A DNA stretch of 64,000 bases, taken from the NCBI GenBank assembly GCA_964035545.1, contig OZ037765.1, forward strand, positions 32,859,504-32,923,503. The letters run 5' to 3'. How positions within the stretch are numbered: the stretch's first letter is position 1; every line of letters starts with the position of its first letter. Under the pieces are notes generated by a model. It saw only the letters and a program-made list of their open reading frames with translations. It had not been told where the DNA came from and made no database searches. A program made the position numbers and the translations under genes. Of the stretch, positions 26,801 through 39,471 are shown one piece after another. This DNA comes from Bugula neritina (taxonomy: Eukaryota > Animalia > Bryozoa).

Positions 26801-27490
26801 AGGACCGTAGCTGTAGAAGACGTACCGGTCCGACCATTTGGCGAAGGTAGCCACGTCTTTGATTTTCCTTATAAACTGTTTGACATTGCTGTCGCCTTCA
26901 AAAATCAGAGGCTGAAAGCGATACCTGTCACCAGGTGGCGCCGGGATGACCAAGCCGGCTTCTCGGAGGGCTGTTACTGGGTTCTCTAGTGTGAGAACCT
27001 CTCCTCCTTTTTCTATCCCCACCATCTGGCATTTCTCACTATCTCTTGTAAGGCTTCCTGATTATTTGTGATCCCACCGCTGCCACCAATGTAGTAACTT
27101 GTGGGTTATTGAATTTTATTAGGCCGAGAACATAACTCCTCGTCAGAGAAGCGATAATAGAGTGTTGAGTAGTGTGTGCTGTATAGTATTTATTGGTGTA
27201 GTTGATTCTTCCAGTCTGAGCTCCTGTCTTCAGCTGACTGGAGCTCAAAATGTGCCTCCTCTTATACTTCCCAGACAAAGGGTTCTAGAACATTCGACCA
27301 ACAATCGGTCAAAGTTCGGAAATGTCGGGCTTAGTATTCCGACATTCAAAATGTCGGAGTTCGACATTCGGAATGTCGGCAAGCCAGCAAACCAAACTTC
27401 GGTCAACTGTCAGTTTACATGAATCAGCAAAATTTAACCCAGTCAAGTGCATTAAGATTGTAACGTGTATAAGGGGAAGTACTATTCAAT
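23815..27490 (-). mobile_element. Decayed Gypsy LTR retrotransposon, same lineage as the element at 37774-45281
   Basis: Frameshifted gag (DRYRFQPLIFEGD..QFIR), protease-linker (KEDAILGKPFL, KFGRPLVGGVQVV), RT (AWSSPVVLVKKKNGSWRFCV) and RNase H remnants; tRNA-Leu PBS atcccaccgctgccacca at 27071-27088; LTR from 27090, right edge approximate. Confidence 0.9.
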
Positions 27491-28399
27491 AGTTAATAGT
27501 GATACTATTATGTTAAAATGTAAGTCATGTGTTCTTGTACTGGCGTGTCAAGGGGGTAACTCTAATATTTATCACACAGGTTCCTAAAACATGAAATCAT
27601 GATTTGACCTTTGTTTTTAAGCAAGTCAACCTAGGTATCCATGATTAGGTTTCAGCTGACAGTTTTTAACATTTAACTTTTAAGCCAGCAGCGCTGGCAC
27701 TTTGTAAAGTATAAACAAAGGCAGAGTTGATGAAGCGAGACTAACAAGCTCTCAAATACAATGTAATGAGATAATGTACAATATTAAGTCAAGAGTATTT
27801 TGTGTAGAACTAAAGCTGCCTTCCCACAAAAAGTTTGAAAGCCATGTCAATAGTTTCCATAAATAGAAAGCTAAATAATGAGATTAGATCAACCTTATTT
27901 TGAAAAGGAGTACAATTTAGGCTATCGGTTGAATACCCACTCTAGAAAATCTCCCACAAGTCACCTAAATTAAAAGAGTATAGGGCTTTTGTGATCCAAC
28001 TGGGTTAAACATATTAATTTAAATTGATATAATTTCCATCGCCTTTGTATTGCATGAAGTACAAAATTTAGATGTCACAGAGATCATGTGAAAATTGCAC
28101 TATTTTAAAATATTATTGAGCTACAACGTGAATGCGAAAAGGATGCCGTGTTGCAATACATGCAGCCTATGATGAATGCTATTCATTTACCACAGACGCT
28201 GAGTAGACCGTAAAGTTCAACATTGACTGCACTAAAAATTATAATGGAAACAGGTGCAGCCCTAGTAGATTAGCTGTTTATTGGTCATAGCTAAACCTTA
28301 TGCTATACCATAATTAGTAGGCAACATGCATACCACCCACAAAGAAATCTTAATAAAGAACTAAGACTACAAATTCATGATAGTCATGCAGAGGATGCC

Positions 28400-28955
28400 C
28401 TTAACTATCCTGTGTAAACATCGGCCACTACTCCAGGCAAAATTTCCTAGAGTTTACGTAGCTCATTGACGTTTACGGCCATGACTGGGATAGTGTGGAG
28501 AGCACTAACAGCGTCAGCAGAATTGTCAGACACAAGTTGACCATGCTTCCAGCTGTAACCGCCTCTGGATTCAGACCGTACCTCCATGTCAGAAAGGCAG
28601 GGCCTCGTCTCTCTTTTTTAATATTTAGAGACTGTCTGCACCCTCCTTCCGACCGCTGGCTTAGCCCATCCGCATTGAGGTGTTTCTTCCTGTGGCGATG
28701 TTCAGTCTGGTAGGAAAACTTGGCCAGGATCTCAAGCCACCATGCAACCTGGCTGGAGGGTCCAGCTCTCTTGCACAACCAAATCAAAAAGGCATAGTCT
28801 ATCTGTAAGCAGAACATCCTTTCATGCAGATAAGGTGGAAGTGCTTCATGCACTGCCTTGATTACTGCTAGGAGCTCTTTTTTGGTGGTGCAGTATTTCG
28901 TCTTGGCGGCAGAAAGAACCTTGCTGAAGTAAGCGACGACCACCTCCCGGTCATC
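28400..28955 (-). mobile_element. Gypsy pol fragment (RNase H/linker)
   Basis: VVAYFSKVLS..YCTTKKELLAVIK, LIWLCKRA.PSSQVAWWLEILA, NADGLS match the pol at 39472-44103. Confidence 0.85.
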
Positions 28956-31900
28956 CAGGGCATAATTTCACAGTATCTCGTCCTCAGACATAACACTTAT
29001 GTACCAATACGAGATACATTACATCATAAATAAATGTTGTCTATCGGCAAAAATTTTGCAGTAGCCAATCATAGTACTATAACAGGGCAGTCTGAGTGTA
29101 GTATCTCGTTTATCGGCATAATTATAATAGCCCGTAGTTGAAGATGGAGTTGGAAGCTTTTCAAATACCTCCCACATATAATAGCATTTATGCTGGTCCC
29201 TACAGCTAAATAAACATTATGGTAGACCAATAATCATGAAAGCTCTACTCATTTGCAACTGGAGGATTTGTAGCACCACAATACTAAATTTCTTGCATTG
29301 GAGGTGCTTAGGCTGTGTTGTCATAGTGATATGTACTTATTGGGGCTTGGTATAAAATTAAACCTGACAATTATAAGGATTAAAGTATTATTGCTGTGGT
29401 TTCAACTGACCAACTTTGGAGTTATTATCTCGATTCTTTGTCAGGAATGGTTAGATAATTTCATGCAATAATGAGTTTTAGCTTTATATCATTATAAATA
29501 ATGAGTTTTGGCTTTATATCATTATAAATATCTACATTGATGGCAGCACTGAGCTAGAATTCTAATATCTTTTCAAGCTCATTGGGTGGCAGATTATTGG
29601 CTAAATTTTATGCAGATATTGAATAAATAATGTGGTTTGATAGTTGTCCTATATTGTTAGGTTCACAAGCATCTTTAAAAAGTTATAATTATTGCGTTGA
29701 CCATAGGTCAAAAAATTACCTAAAGAGAGGGCAGACAACTCCAAAAGATTGTTTTCGCAGAAGCAAGTAAAATTCAGCTAAACTGAATACTCCAACTGAT
29801 CAACATTTTCATCTATTAAAATTGAAGAAAAGTTAAATATTATTATACTCTTCTAATCATGAATAGGCACAAGCTAAAAAGATATTTATTTCAAAAAATA
29901 TAAAAAGTAAAGTAACACAACAATGTTTGCAAACGCAGACCTAAAAATGTGAATATTCTAGCTTGAAATTAGGTCTGAAATTCAGACTTTTCGAGGTTGC
30001 ATTGACTCACCAGAAAAAACAATTAATAAAATTATAAAGACAAGCATGTAATGAAATATGTAATTCATTAGCAAAACTGGAGGAAAGCACTTTTTTTTCT
30101 AGAAATTGTTCGATTACATAATACATTTTGGGCAAATGATGTTTTTTAATAAAATGAAACTGTTGTATTGTTTGGCTAGATGAAGTTTCAAAAGTATTTT
30201 TAATATTTTCTCAAATAAAGTAGACATGCACTCCATTTTCACATTTTTTGGCAAAACATGATTGGGATTCAGTAGTCAATCAGTTAAGTTTGACACAAGG
30301 AGTTGTCACATCCATTCCAAAGAACAAGACCATCTACAATAACAAACATGGAAAGTACCTAAAATTACATTTAAGTTTACAACAGTCCTTAAAATAAATG
30401 TTGCCTTCTGCCAATGTTAAATAAGAACATGATGTAATGCTATGTTTACTTAGACTAAATCTTGCTGACTTACAATGAAATTCATTCATTTCAATTTGAA
30501 AATTCCTGTCAATAACTTGACTCTATGCTAACAACTGATTGTAATACCAAAATCACACTGCTACTTTTAGTTTAGGGAATTCGTTTTCATTATTAGTTCA
30601 ATATTCAGCAGAGGTTTTTCTTTAATGAACAAACAATAGGCATACATGCAGATGAAAGATTAGGTCTAGTGAATACTAACTTTGTGCCTAACAAAAGAAA
30701 ATGAAAGACTGCATGAAAAATTAACAACTCTAAAAACTTGCAATTTGAATGAGGCTCAGGCTTTTAGGTGAGCAAGAGTAACCAGAAGAGCTACTTTAAT
30801 GGAAGAAATTACTGACTGATTGTGTAGTTGCAGGCTGCATGATGTGTTTTGATTGTCACAACCACTTTTGAAAAGGGAAAATCCATTAAATTAAGACTAC
30901 TGGCAAACAACGGAACGATAAGGAAAAAATACCAAGTAGAAATTCACTTCTCAAAGCAAACTGTAGTTAATACATTATAGATGCTTAGAAGAAGCAGGCA
31001 ATAGTGAATGCTATATAGTGTAGATCAGGATTCTATACAATGACAAGTAAACTGAAATTCCAGTGCACTTTGAAACTACTTGTAAGAATGGGCTTAGTGC
31101 TTTATAGTGCCTTGAAATTTTTTCAAGTCTAATTGGCACCATGGTATTAGAATTCGCAGAGAGATGACCCTTTAAACTTTAACACCTTCACGATTTTCAG
31201 TAAGAAATTCAATTTATCTAGGTCTAAAATTTCACCGAATTGCATTGTAAAAGCCGCTGGTCAAAATGTTTAGTTTGTGATAACTTAATCAGCTGATTTC
31301 AGAATAACAATCATTGGGAATGACATCTTCATGTAGATATAGATATTTATGCTTATAATTATATCGACTGCCTTCATCAATCATCGATACTATGCTGCCA
31401 AATCAACTAATTAATTACAGTTGGAAACTTCAAAGGGCATTGAATAGCAATTTGGCAAGTTATACTTTTAATATTACAAAAAGAACTTATGCATCAATAT
31501 GATTTAAAACATAGGTGGGTACTCGGCAAGTGATATTAACTGAAACTGGAACTTTTTTCATGCAGGAAAAGCATCAACGCAACTCAACAGAAACTTAAAA
31601 ATGTCCGGCACACTTTATGCTTTGGCAACATGCACACAATAACTTCGTTTATGGTACAAACCTTTTTGTTGATTGTTTTCCAACATTTTCACTAGAGCAA
31701 ACCCGAAAGAAATTTGGAAACTGCATAATGACGCCAGCCACCGTGGCATCATCTTCTCTGGAAAAGTATCGACAAATCATCACCCAAAAACTTCAGCAAA
31801 GCCTCCATCAATAGTATGTAATACTTTAGGTGAAACTAAAAAGAAAGAGACAATATTTTCGTGTAATTTAACCCATCAATAAACGCATCAATAGTTAGTG

Positions 31901-32884
31901 TGGCCACGGTTTAAACCTCATTAATTTCATGCTATTTAAGGCTTTTACAACTTAAAAGATGTAATTCATCTGCAAGAAAAATGTTACGTATATGAAATGA
32001 GTAGAAGTGCAAAAGCAAGCAGGTATTAAGGAAGGACGAGTTAGTAGGTGTACTTTGACTTGCGATAGATCAATGTGATACCAGATGTGAATTTTGAGGT
32101 GTGTTTACTCCAATCTCACTGAAAAGGTATAAATAGCTAAATTTACGAGACACACAATATTCTATGAAATACTGCACATTCATTAAAACTTTATAAAACT
32201 CTAGTGTGAAGGGTGACTCACACTTTTAAACCGTAGATGAGCTAAGTTGTAAAAGTTTGATAAGAACCTTTTACTCTATAAATTTATGCAACATAAAATA
32301 CTCTCCACATATTCAACAGCTACGAAGTTTTGTTGAAGATAAACTTCCTCAACAAATATACAGAAAAAAGCTATTTGAAAGCCAAATTTCATTAGCATAT
32401 TATAAGATTATTTGTGTTTCATCTTTATAAACAGTGATTTAGTCATTTAACTGATAACTAATGATTTCACTTTGTTTTTCATTCAATAAAAACTAAGTGT
32501 AGTTGGTGTTAAAAACAGCTTTCATTTCTCACTTTTTTTTCTCACCCTAGTCTGCGTAGGCAAACAATTGGATTGTTTCAAACACCACGTCAGTAAAGCC
32601 TGACAGCATAGCCAGTGGAGAAAACAATCATCTATACTGCTGGATCAGTGGCAACTTGTGAGTGTGTCAGAGTAGTGTCTTGTTGTGTGACTCTACAAAT
32701 AAATTATGAATTTGAATATACTACAAAGTTGCAAACATTGTTTTAACAAAACACAGCATTTATTTGATATTATATGTAAAGCTCAAGTTGGTATAATATA
32801 TATTAAATACATTTTAGCTTTCCTTTTGGATACTCTGAAACAAAATAAAAAAATAAACCAAAATTGGGTAAAGCCATGCAAACT

Positions 32885-33175
32885 AGAGAGAGAGAAAGAG
32901 AGTGGGAGAGGGGGGGTGGGAGAGAAAGGTTAGGAGAGAGGATGGAAGAGAGATGGGGTAGAAGAGAGAAAGGGAGAGAGTCAGAGAGATAGTGGAAAAG
33001 GGAGGAGAGTAAGGTTAGGAGAGAGAGAAGGTGGGAAAGACAGAGAGTGGGAGAGAGAGGGAGAAGGTGGGAGAGACAGAGGGTGGGAAAGAGGGAGGGT
33101 GGGAGAGAGGGAGAGAAAGAGAGAGAGGTTGACTGGAAGGTGTGGGAGAAAGAGACAGAGAGAGGAGTGAGAGAG
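32885..33175. repeat. GA-rich purine low-complexity tract
   Basis: Almost only G/A on the + strand. Confidence 0.9.
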
Positions 33176-36100
33176 CTTCCAAACTAACACCATTGACTTA
33201 AAAAATGTTGATAAAAACTGCAGCAAGTCTTTAAAAACGATGCTAGCAAGTTCAAAGCTCACTATAACTTTCAAAATCAATAAAATGTCAAGTTCAAAAA
33301 ACTCATCTGCGAGCAAAAAATAGTTACAGAGACAACCAGGTATTGGGCAAGAGCCAGCTAATAGGAGTACCTTTTTAGATAAGCTGCATGCAGGCACAGT
33401 GAGATAGCATCGGTGAGTTGTGTCTTCGTTTTAATTTCCTAAAAATGAACATAAACAAATGCTAGTAATGAAAGTTTTCAGGGTTATTAAGGGTGCAATT
33501 TTATCACTTAACATCATAGCCATAGCAAAAATTGCTCAGTACAAATTTAAGAAAAATTTCTTTCATCCATTACATAATATCCAAAATCAATTCCATTTAT
33601 TCAATTCATCAAGCTGAAAAACCAAGAATAATCAGAAAGACAGTAAAATCACTTTCTCGTAAAAAACAGCTTTAGATCAAAATTGTTGGGTTCAGCTCTT
33701 AAGCTAAGACACCGATGCATTGAAATACAAAAAAGATCAGCATACTTTTGACTGTCACAAAATTTATTTTACGTGCATCAGACATTTTAAGGTCACCCGC
33801 CAACCGCGCAGGACCACGGCGGTAAAAGGTGACCAGACATTTTAAGGTCAATCAAAATCAAGCAAAATTCATCGCCATTTCGCTTACTGCTTTATGCTGC
33901 AGCTTATTTTTGCTTACCAAGTTTCTTTCTGCAGAAGAATTGTAGCTAGCTTCTCGATTTGCCATCTTTATTCCAGTCCCGGTTCAAATGACACCTTGAT
34001 GGTATTAAATATCCATGCAAGCTAAAAAATATTTATCAATCAGTACAACAACAGAAACACTTACAATGATCCAAATATTACTATCACATTACGATAACAT
34101 TACACAGTAACACTATGATTAACATTGTAATATTGAAGCATGACTTTGTGGTAGTTTGATATGCTATAGCAAAAGGCAGAAAAACCAACTGAAAAACCAA
34201 CAGAAATAATCAAGTACAATTAACTAAAGTAAATAAACTCACTGAATAGTAAATATTTTACTATACTTAGTGAATTGATTTACTTCCATTAGGTTTACTT
34301 TCATGATTAAATGCTTCTGTCTATTTTCCAGTTTATAGGAATATATTAAAAGTGAAACTAACTATAATTACTATTACCTTATCTAGTTTTGACTATATAT
34401 TTTTCACAAATATAAACATAGTTATATGCATATCCCTATTGTAACTGCAGATACCATTGCGGTAACTGAAATCAAACTTCATTCTACTTCAAGTTTCTAA
34501 CATTGTCCTAGTTCAAAGACTAACAAGTGAATAATTAATAACTGCGAAAGCTGCAAAAAGTTACTTTATTATTAAATAAGATACAACTGATTCTACCGTA
34601 TATGATACTATGGTATCTGTATTAAATTAAAACATAATTATGAAAATCAAAAGTTGCACTTTGGGCACTTATATTATAGTAATTAAATTGACAGCTTAAA
34701 ATAGGCACATTAAACTATGATTGCAATTTTTATCCATTTATCTTTATAATTGAAGAATTATGATTTATTCTTACACACTTTATCATTATATTTAATCATC
34801 CTGACTTTCAGTCTGTCATAGTGATTACTACTATATGAAAATGACTTTGACTTAGGAGTCATAATTATAGTCACAGTGTTGATAAGTCAACAGTGTAGGA
34901 TTAACACAGCACCAGACTAGTACTACCTCCAGCTTTTCAAGTTTATGTTAGGGTATCTCTAAGACTAAAGAGTAACCCTAATAATGTAAGCAAAAAGCAG
35001 TGAGTAATAAGCATGCTATTCAACTTCAAGTTTCACTATTACTATAACTAATACCACATGTATTTTAATAAAATTATGTAGCTGGTGAGTGAACTATAAA
35101 ATTAAGTGGGGATCAAACTTTGAGCAATAATAATAGAAATAATATTAGGACAGAGGTTTCCAATTATTAGTATGTGAAACCAAAGAAGAATGAATAACTA
35201 CTATTAGTATTATTACGTTTACTTTATATTTAGTTTTACCAGTTCGTATTATGATTATCTTACTTTGAATTGTAAAGTATAATAATTATAATATTCATAG
35301 TATTATATTTATATTATTAATTAATATTTGTATTAGTAAAAACATTTGCTTTAAGTTGCTTGTTTATTAAATTATTCTAAATCCTAATAACGATAATCTT
35401 AATATTAGTGATAATCATTATGCTCCTCACTATCCCCAAGTGCTATCAGTATGACCATCGCAATGTGAACCTAGACGTGAATGTAAAAAGGCACTGCAAA
35501 ATAGAACATGGGATGGAACATGGGATGGAGGCAGATATCCATATCATGATACAAATATCGATATTGAAGTTGATAATCATAATTATTATACAAATATAAT
35601 GATAATAACTACAATGATCAAAAATAAATAATAACAAAGAGTTTTCGAATTACTATTCATAAAATCAAAGATCACATTTATAAAGATACAATCATATCTA
35701 TTATTAAATTTAAGTCAACTATACTAATAGCAATAGTAATAGAAATAGAAAAAAAATCAATTTTAAGACAAAGAGTAAGAAAAATACTAAATCGATATTT
35801 AAAATTACTTATTTTTAATTTTAATCACTTACAGTCAGTCTTAGTTTAATTTTTACCACTGAGTGTTTAATTTCAAGTTCATTTTGACAATAAACTTGAA
35901 GACTTTAACTAAGAATATGTATAACTCAAAATTCCAAATTGGTACAAGTAAAAGTTACAAATGAAGCTTTGTAATACTATTTTAAATTATTGGTATGATA
36001 GCATTATATTTTGACTCATAGCAATACTGATGGTGACAATTTCAAACATACCCATACCATTACTGTTACAGTTTAAGTTACTATTGCCGTTGTGATTGCC

Positions 36101-37773
36101 AGTAATGAGTAAATATTATTTAAATTTATATTACTATTACTATTAGTATTACTATCACTATCAGTACCGGTACGAGTATAAGTATCACCATGATTCAAAA
36201 TCAATGTATATTTTATCGATTTACTTTTATATTATCATTTATCATTATGTTCATCACTATGATATTATCATGATATTAATTTTTAATTTAAACATAATAA
36301 AATCATAGGTATAATCATAAATAATCATAATGATGATCATAATCATAATGCTTAATTTTACTTTTAGTTCAGATTCAATGATTTAAGAGTAAGTGAAAGT
36401 TACTATAACTATTGCCATTGTGATTGCCAGTAATAAGTAAATATAATTTAAATTTATATGACTATTATTATTACCAACACTCAGACTTACTCGGAGTCAC
36501 TCTGTCTCTAAGTCTGAGTCTCACTCCACCAGTCCACGACCACTCACACTGACAGTGACAGAGTGAGAGTGACACTGAATTACTATTACTATAACTATTA
36601 GCAAAATATATCAACATTATGGTTATCTTATTAGTTATTACAATATGTTCGGCATTGATGTTGAACTAAAAATATTAATAGTTATTACAATCACAATGAC
36701 AATGCCATGATGATGATATCAATATGAATATGATCAAAGACAAATGATTCCAAGCAGTTGAGTAGTAATTTATAAGTTAAAGTAGTAACTGTAAGACTAA
36801 GTAACTGGTAGCTGATACTATCAGTGATAGGTCTATACTCCATACCAATTACCTCAATAATATTACCTATATTACCATAATTATATTACCTATAATATAT
36901 TTTTTTTCCAGCTCAGTGCTTTATACCCTCTACTAAGTCTTATGCCGCGCACGTGACAAGAATGTAAGGTGAAGGTCACTCACAGCTGAAATCGCCAAGG
37001 ATCTGTGATCCGTCACTGGTAGTAATATTTGTAGTAGTCGTACTACCAGTACCAGTGATCTGGATTTCTCTATGGCACTACGAATTGAATGTTGACAAGA
37101 CGCGTGCATGTTCGCTGTCGATAAACTAATTTTTACTGAATTTCAATCATGCTAAGCTGTAACTTATTTTCTAATGAAATAATATATTCAATAATAATAT
37201 TAATGAATATAATAAGAATATTTTATCATTTAATTTTATAACTTTTACTTTTAGTTTTAGTTTTAGTATCTCGGTTTTGCATCAAAATTTACATCAATAT
37301 GATTATCATTATGATTACAAAATGAAAATAATTATCATTAATCATTACCACTTATAGTTATATTATGATTATGATTAATGTTAGAATTACCAAAATTATA
37401 ATGACATAATGATAATGCCAATGATAATCACAATCGTAACACTAATACTAATAGTAATAGTAATACTAATACTAATAGTAATACTAATACTAAGACTAAT
37501 AGTCAAACTCAAGGATTGAGCCAAAGATTCAGATTGTCTAAATTTAAATAAATAAATTTCGGCCTCGGGTTTAACTTATTAGTTCACAATTTTATTTTAC
37601 ATTACGGCTGAGAGTCACAGTAAGACTAAGAAAAAGAGAAAAACTAAATCATACCTCTCTTACAATTATTTTCAAAGTTTGTAGTTGTACTAGTACAGTA
37701 GTAGACGTATTACTATTAGTAGTAATACTAGTAGTAGTAGTAGTAGTAGTACTAGTATTAGTACTAGTAGTAG

Positions 37774-38078
37774 TGTTAAGATTTTCAGATTTAGGGTTGA
37801 TGTGCTATCCAGAGAGTCTATTTATTTGCTATAGAACTGCACCAGGATAAGTCGAGTGAACGAGTATATTTTACACACAATTATACATTATAAAAACGAT
37901 ACATTATATTCAAACAAGTTACACATCTAATCTATTTGACACTCTAGCTTCGACTGCCTTAGCAGCGGGAAACTATAATTGCTGCTAACTATCAAACACG
38001 CTAATTGGCTATCCATTGTTCCGGGTCAATTACGCGACCCTACATGTTGTGCTGCTGGCAGTTCCACGAACCACCACA
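37774..38078 (-). repeat. 3' LTR
   Basis: Direct repeat of 44977-45281. Confidence 0.97.
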
Positions 38079-38369
38079 CCGCCCCCACCAGCAGAAAGCC
38101 CTCTTTCTGATATATATATAAAAAAAACATTCATTAGTAATCGCATACATCAGTGGACAAAAATAATACATAATATACAGGAAGAGACATAATAATAGGC
38201 AGAGTCATTATAACGATCCGTTACATACAATTGACCAGCTGTAGATAGACGAGGAATACCAGCTAGCTGTGGTGTTAGACAGGGGATAACCTGTTAAGCA
38301 GTCAAACATTTACATGACATCTTGGTTTCCCCCAAGAGGCGAAGTTGTGGAGTATTCCGGGTAGCCTAA

Positions 38370-39447
38370 CTAGAGTCCTTGTTGGGCACGCCGGTGCTTG
38401 GCTTGGCATGTACGCAGTTTCCGTTTCATACGGCATACGGATCCCTTTAGCTGGAAGAGTCCTGTTGTAGTGTTAAGTAGATCTGGTGCCAGCTGGGTGA
38501 ATTCTTCTTGTAATCGCAGGAGGCGTTCTTCTACTGTGGCTAGGCGGACTGGGTCTGGGGACGGTGTCCGTCTGCGGCGCAAGGGGGGACTGGGGGACCT
38601 GGTTCGTCTCTTCGTCGGGGTAGGGGAGATCTCTCCTTCTTCTGGATATGTGAACTCCTCGGGGGTGTATGTAATCTGAGGGCGGTCAGACACCAACGGG
38701 GATTGCTGGCGGGCGTTGTCTAATACACGTTGGAACCCCGAGGACAGAACGGCTAACAGCATGGCCTTCTTCACCAGGGGTCGTATAAGTGTGAGGAACT
38801 CCGGGTATAGCTTAGCGTCGACCACGTAGTTTTCTCCAGGGAAACAGCCCGTCGCTCGATGTCGGGTGACGGGGTAGGGATACACATCATTGTACCCGCA
38901 GGGGCAGAATGTTAGTAGGAGATGAGCATTGACGTGTAGTTTAAGGGAGCGGTGAGAGGCGCATTCTTCACCACAGATCTGGCATCTCGTCCGTGCTCTG
39001 GACCCCCAGGCCGTTTCTATTTCTTCTTCTGTTTGTGGAGACACCCACCGCCAACGGCGGCGTAGTGGCTCAGGCCGGTCACCACTAGCATACTCCTCCG
39101 GATGCGGAGCGGGAAGTGTTCTATCCCGTACCCTGGTTGTAGCGGGTCGAGTGTAATCTGAAAAAGTTTCAACAGTGTTAATACAGTACACTGCCGTGTT
39201 GTCAGCTTGAATAGCTTGGCAACTCCTAATTCAGTTACCTCGTAGAGATTTATGGTAGTGAATAGTCAGATAGAACACGTAATGCAATGAGATTATAAAA
39301 ATCTCTAAGTCAAACTGAGTTCTTACTACGGTATTTCACTAACCTATCTCCAGCTCGATTGACTCAGTGAGTCAGAGCTGAGCGATGCAATCTAGTTTCG
39401 TATTAAGATATAGTTAACTCACCCCACGATCTGTTGTCGTAAGACAT
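38370..39447 (-). CDS. Retrotransposon third ORF: zinc-finger/RS-rich/coiled-coil protein; proposed exons 39447-39423 and 39157-38370
   Basis: CQICGEECASHRSLKLHVNAH (C2H2), CPCG..HRATGC, RRTRSPSPPLRRRRTPSP, terminal heptad helix; main ORF lacks a 5' ATG but has a ttttcag acceptor in phase with an upstream ATG micro-exon ending G|gtgagt. Confidence 0.65.
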
Positions 39448-39471
39448 ACTGAATGTGTGAAATGGTTTGAA

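Noticed and set aside
29468-29530. 30-bp tandem duplication (also short duplications near 33778-33850 and 36075/36398)
   Set aside because: Ordinary local slippage duplications with no further structure
30200-31900. Coding-like minus-strand sequence (LMEALLKFLGDDLSILF...)
   Set aside because: Multiple stops and frameshifts and no family I can name; probably an old transposon relic
32981-33397. 138-aa Leu/Ser/Pro-rich ORF
   Set aside because: Driven by the GA/CT low-complexity tract
38370-39191. env gene
   Set aside because: No signal peptide, furin site/fusion peptide or TM anchor; zinc-finger features instead
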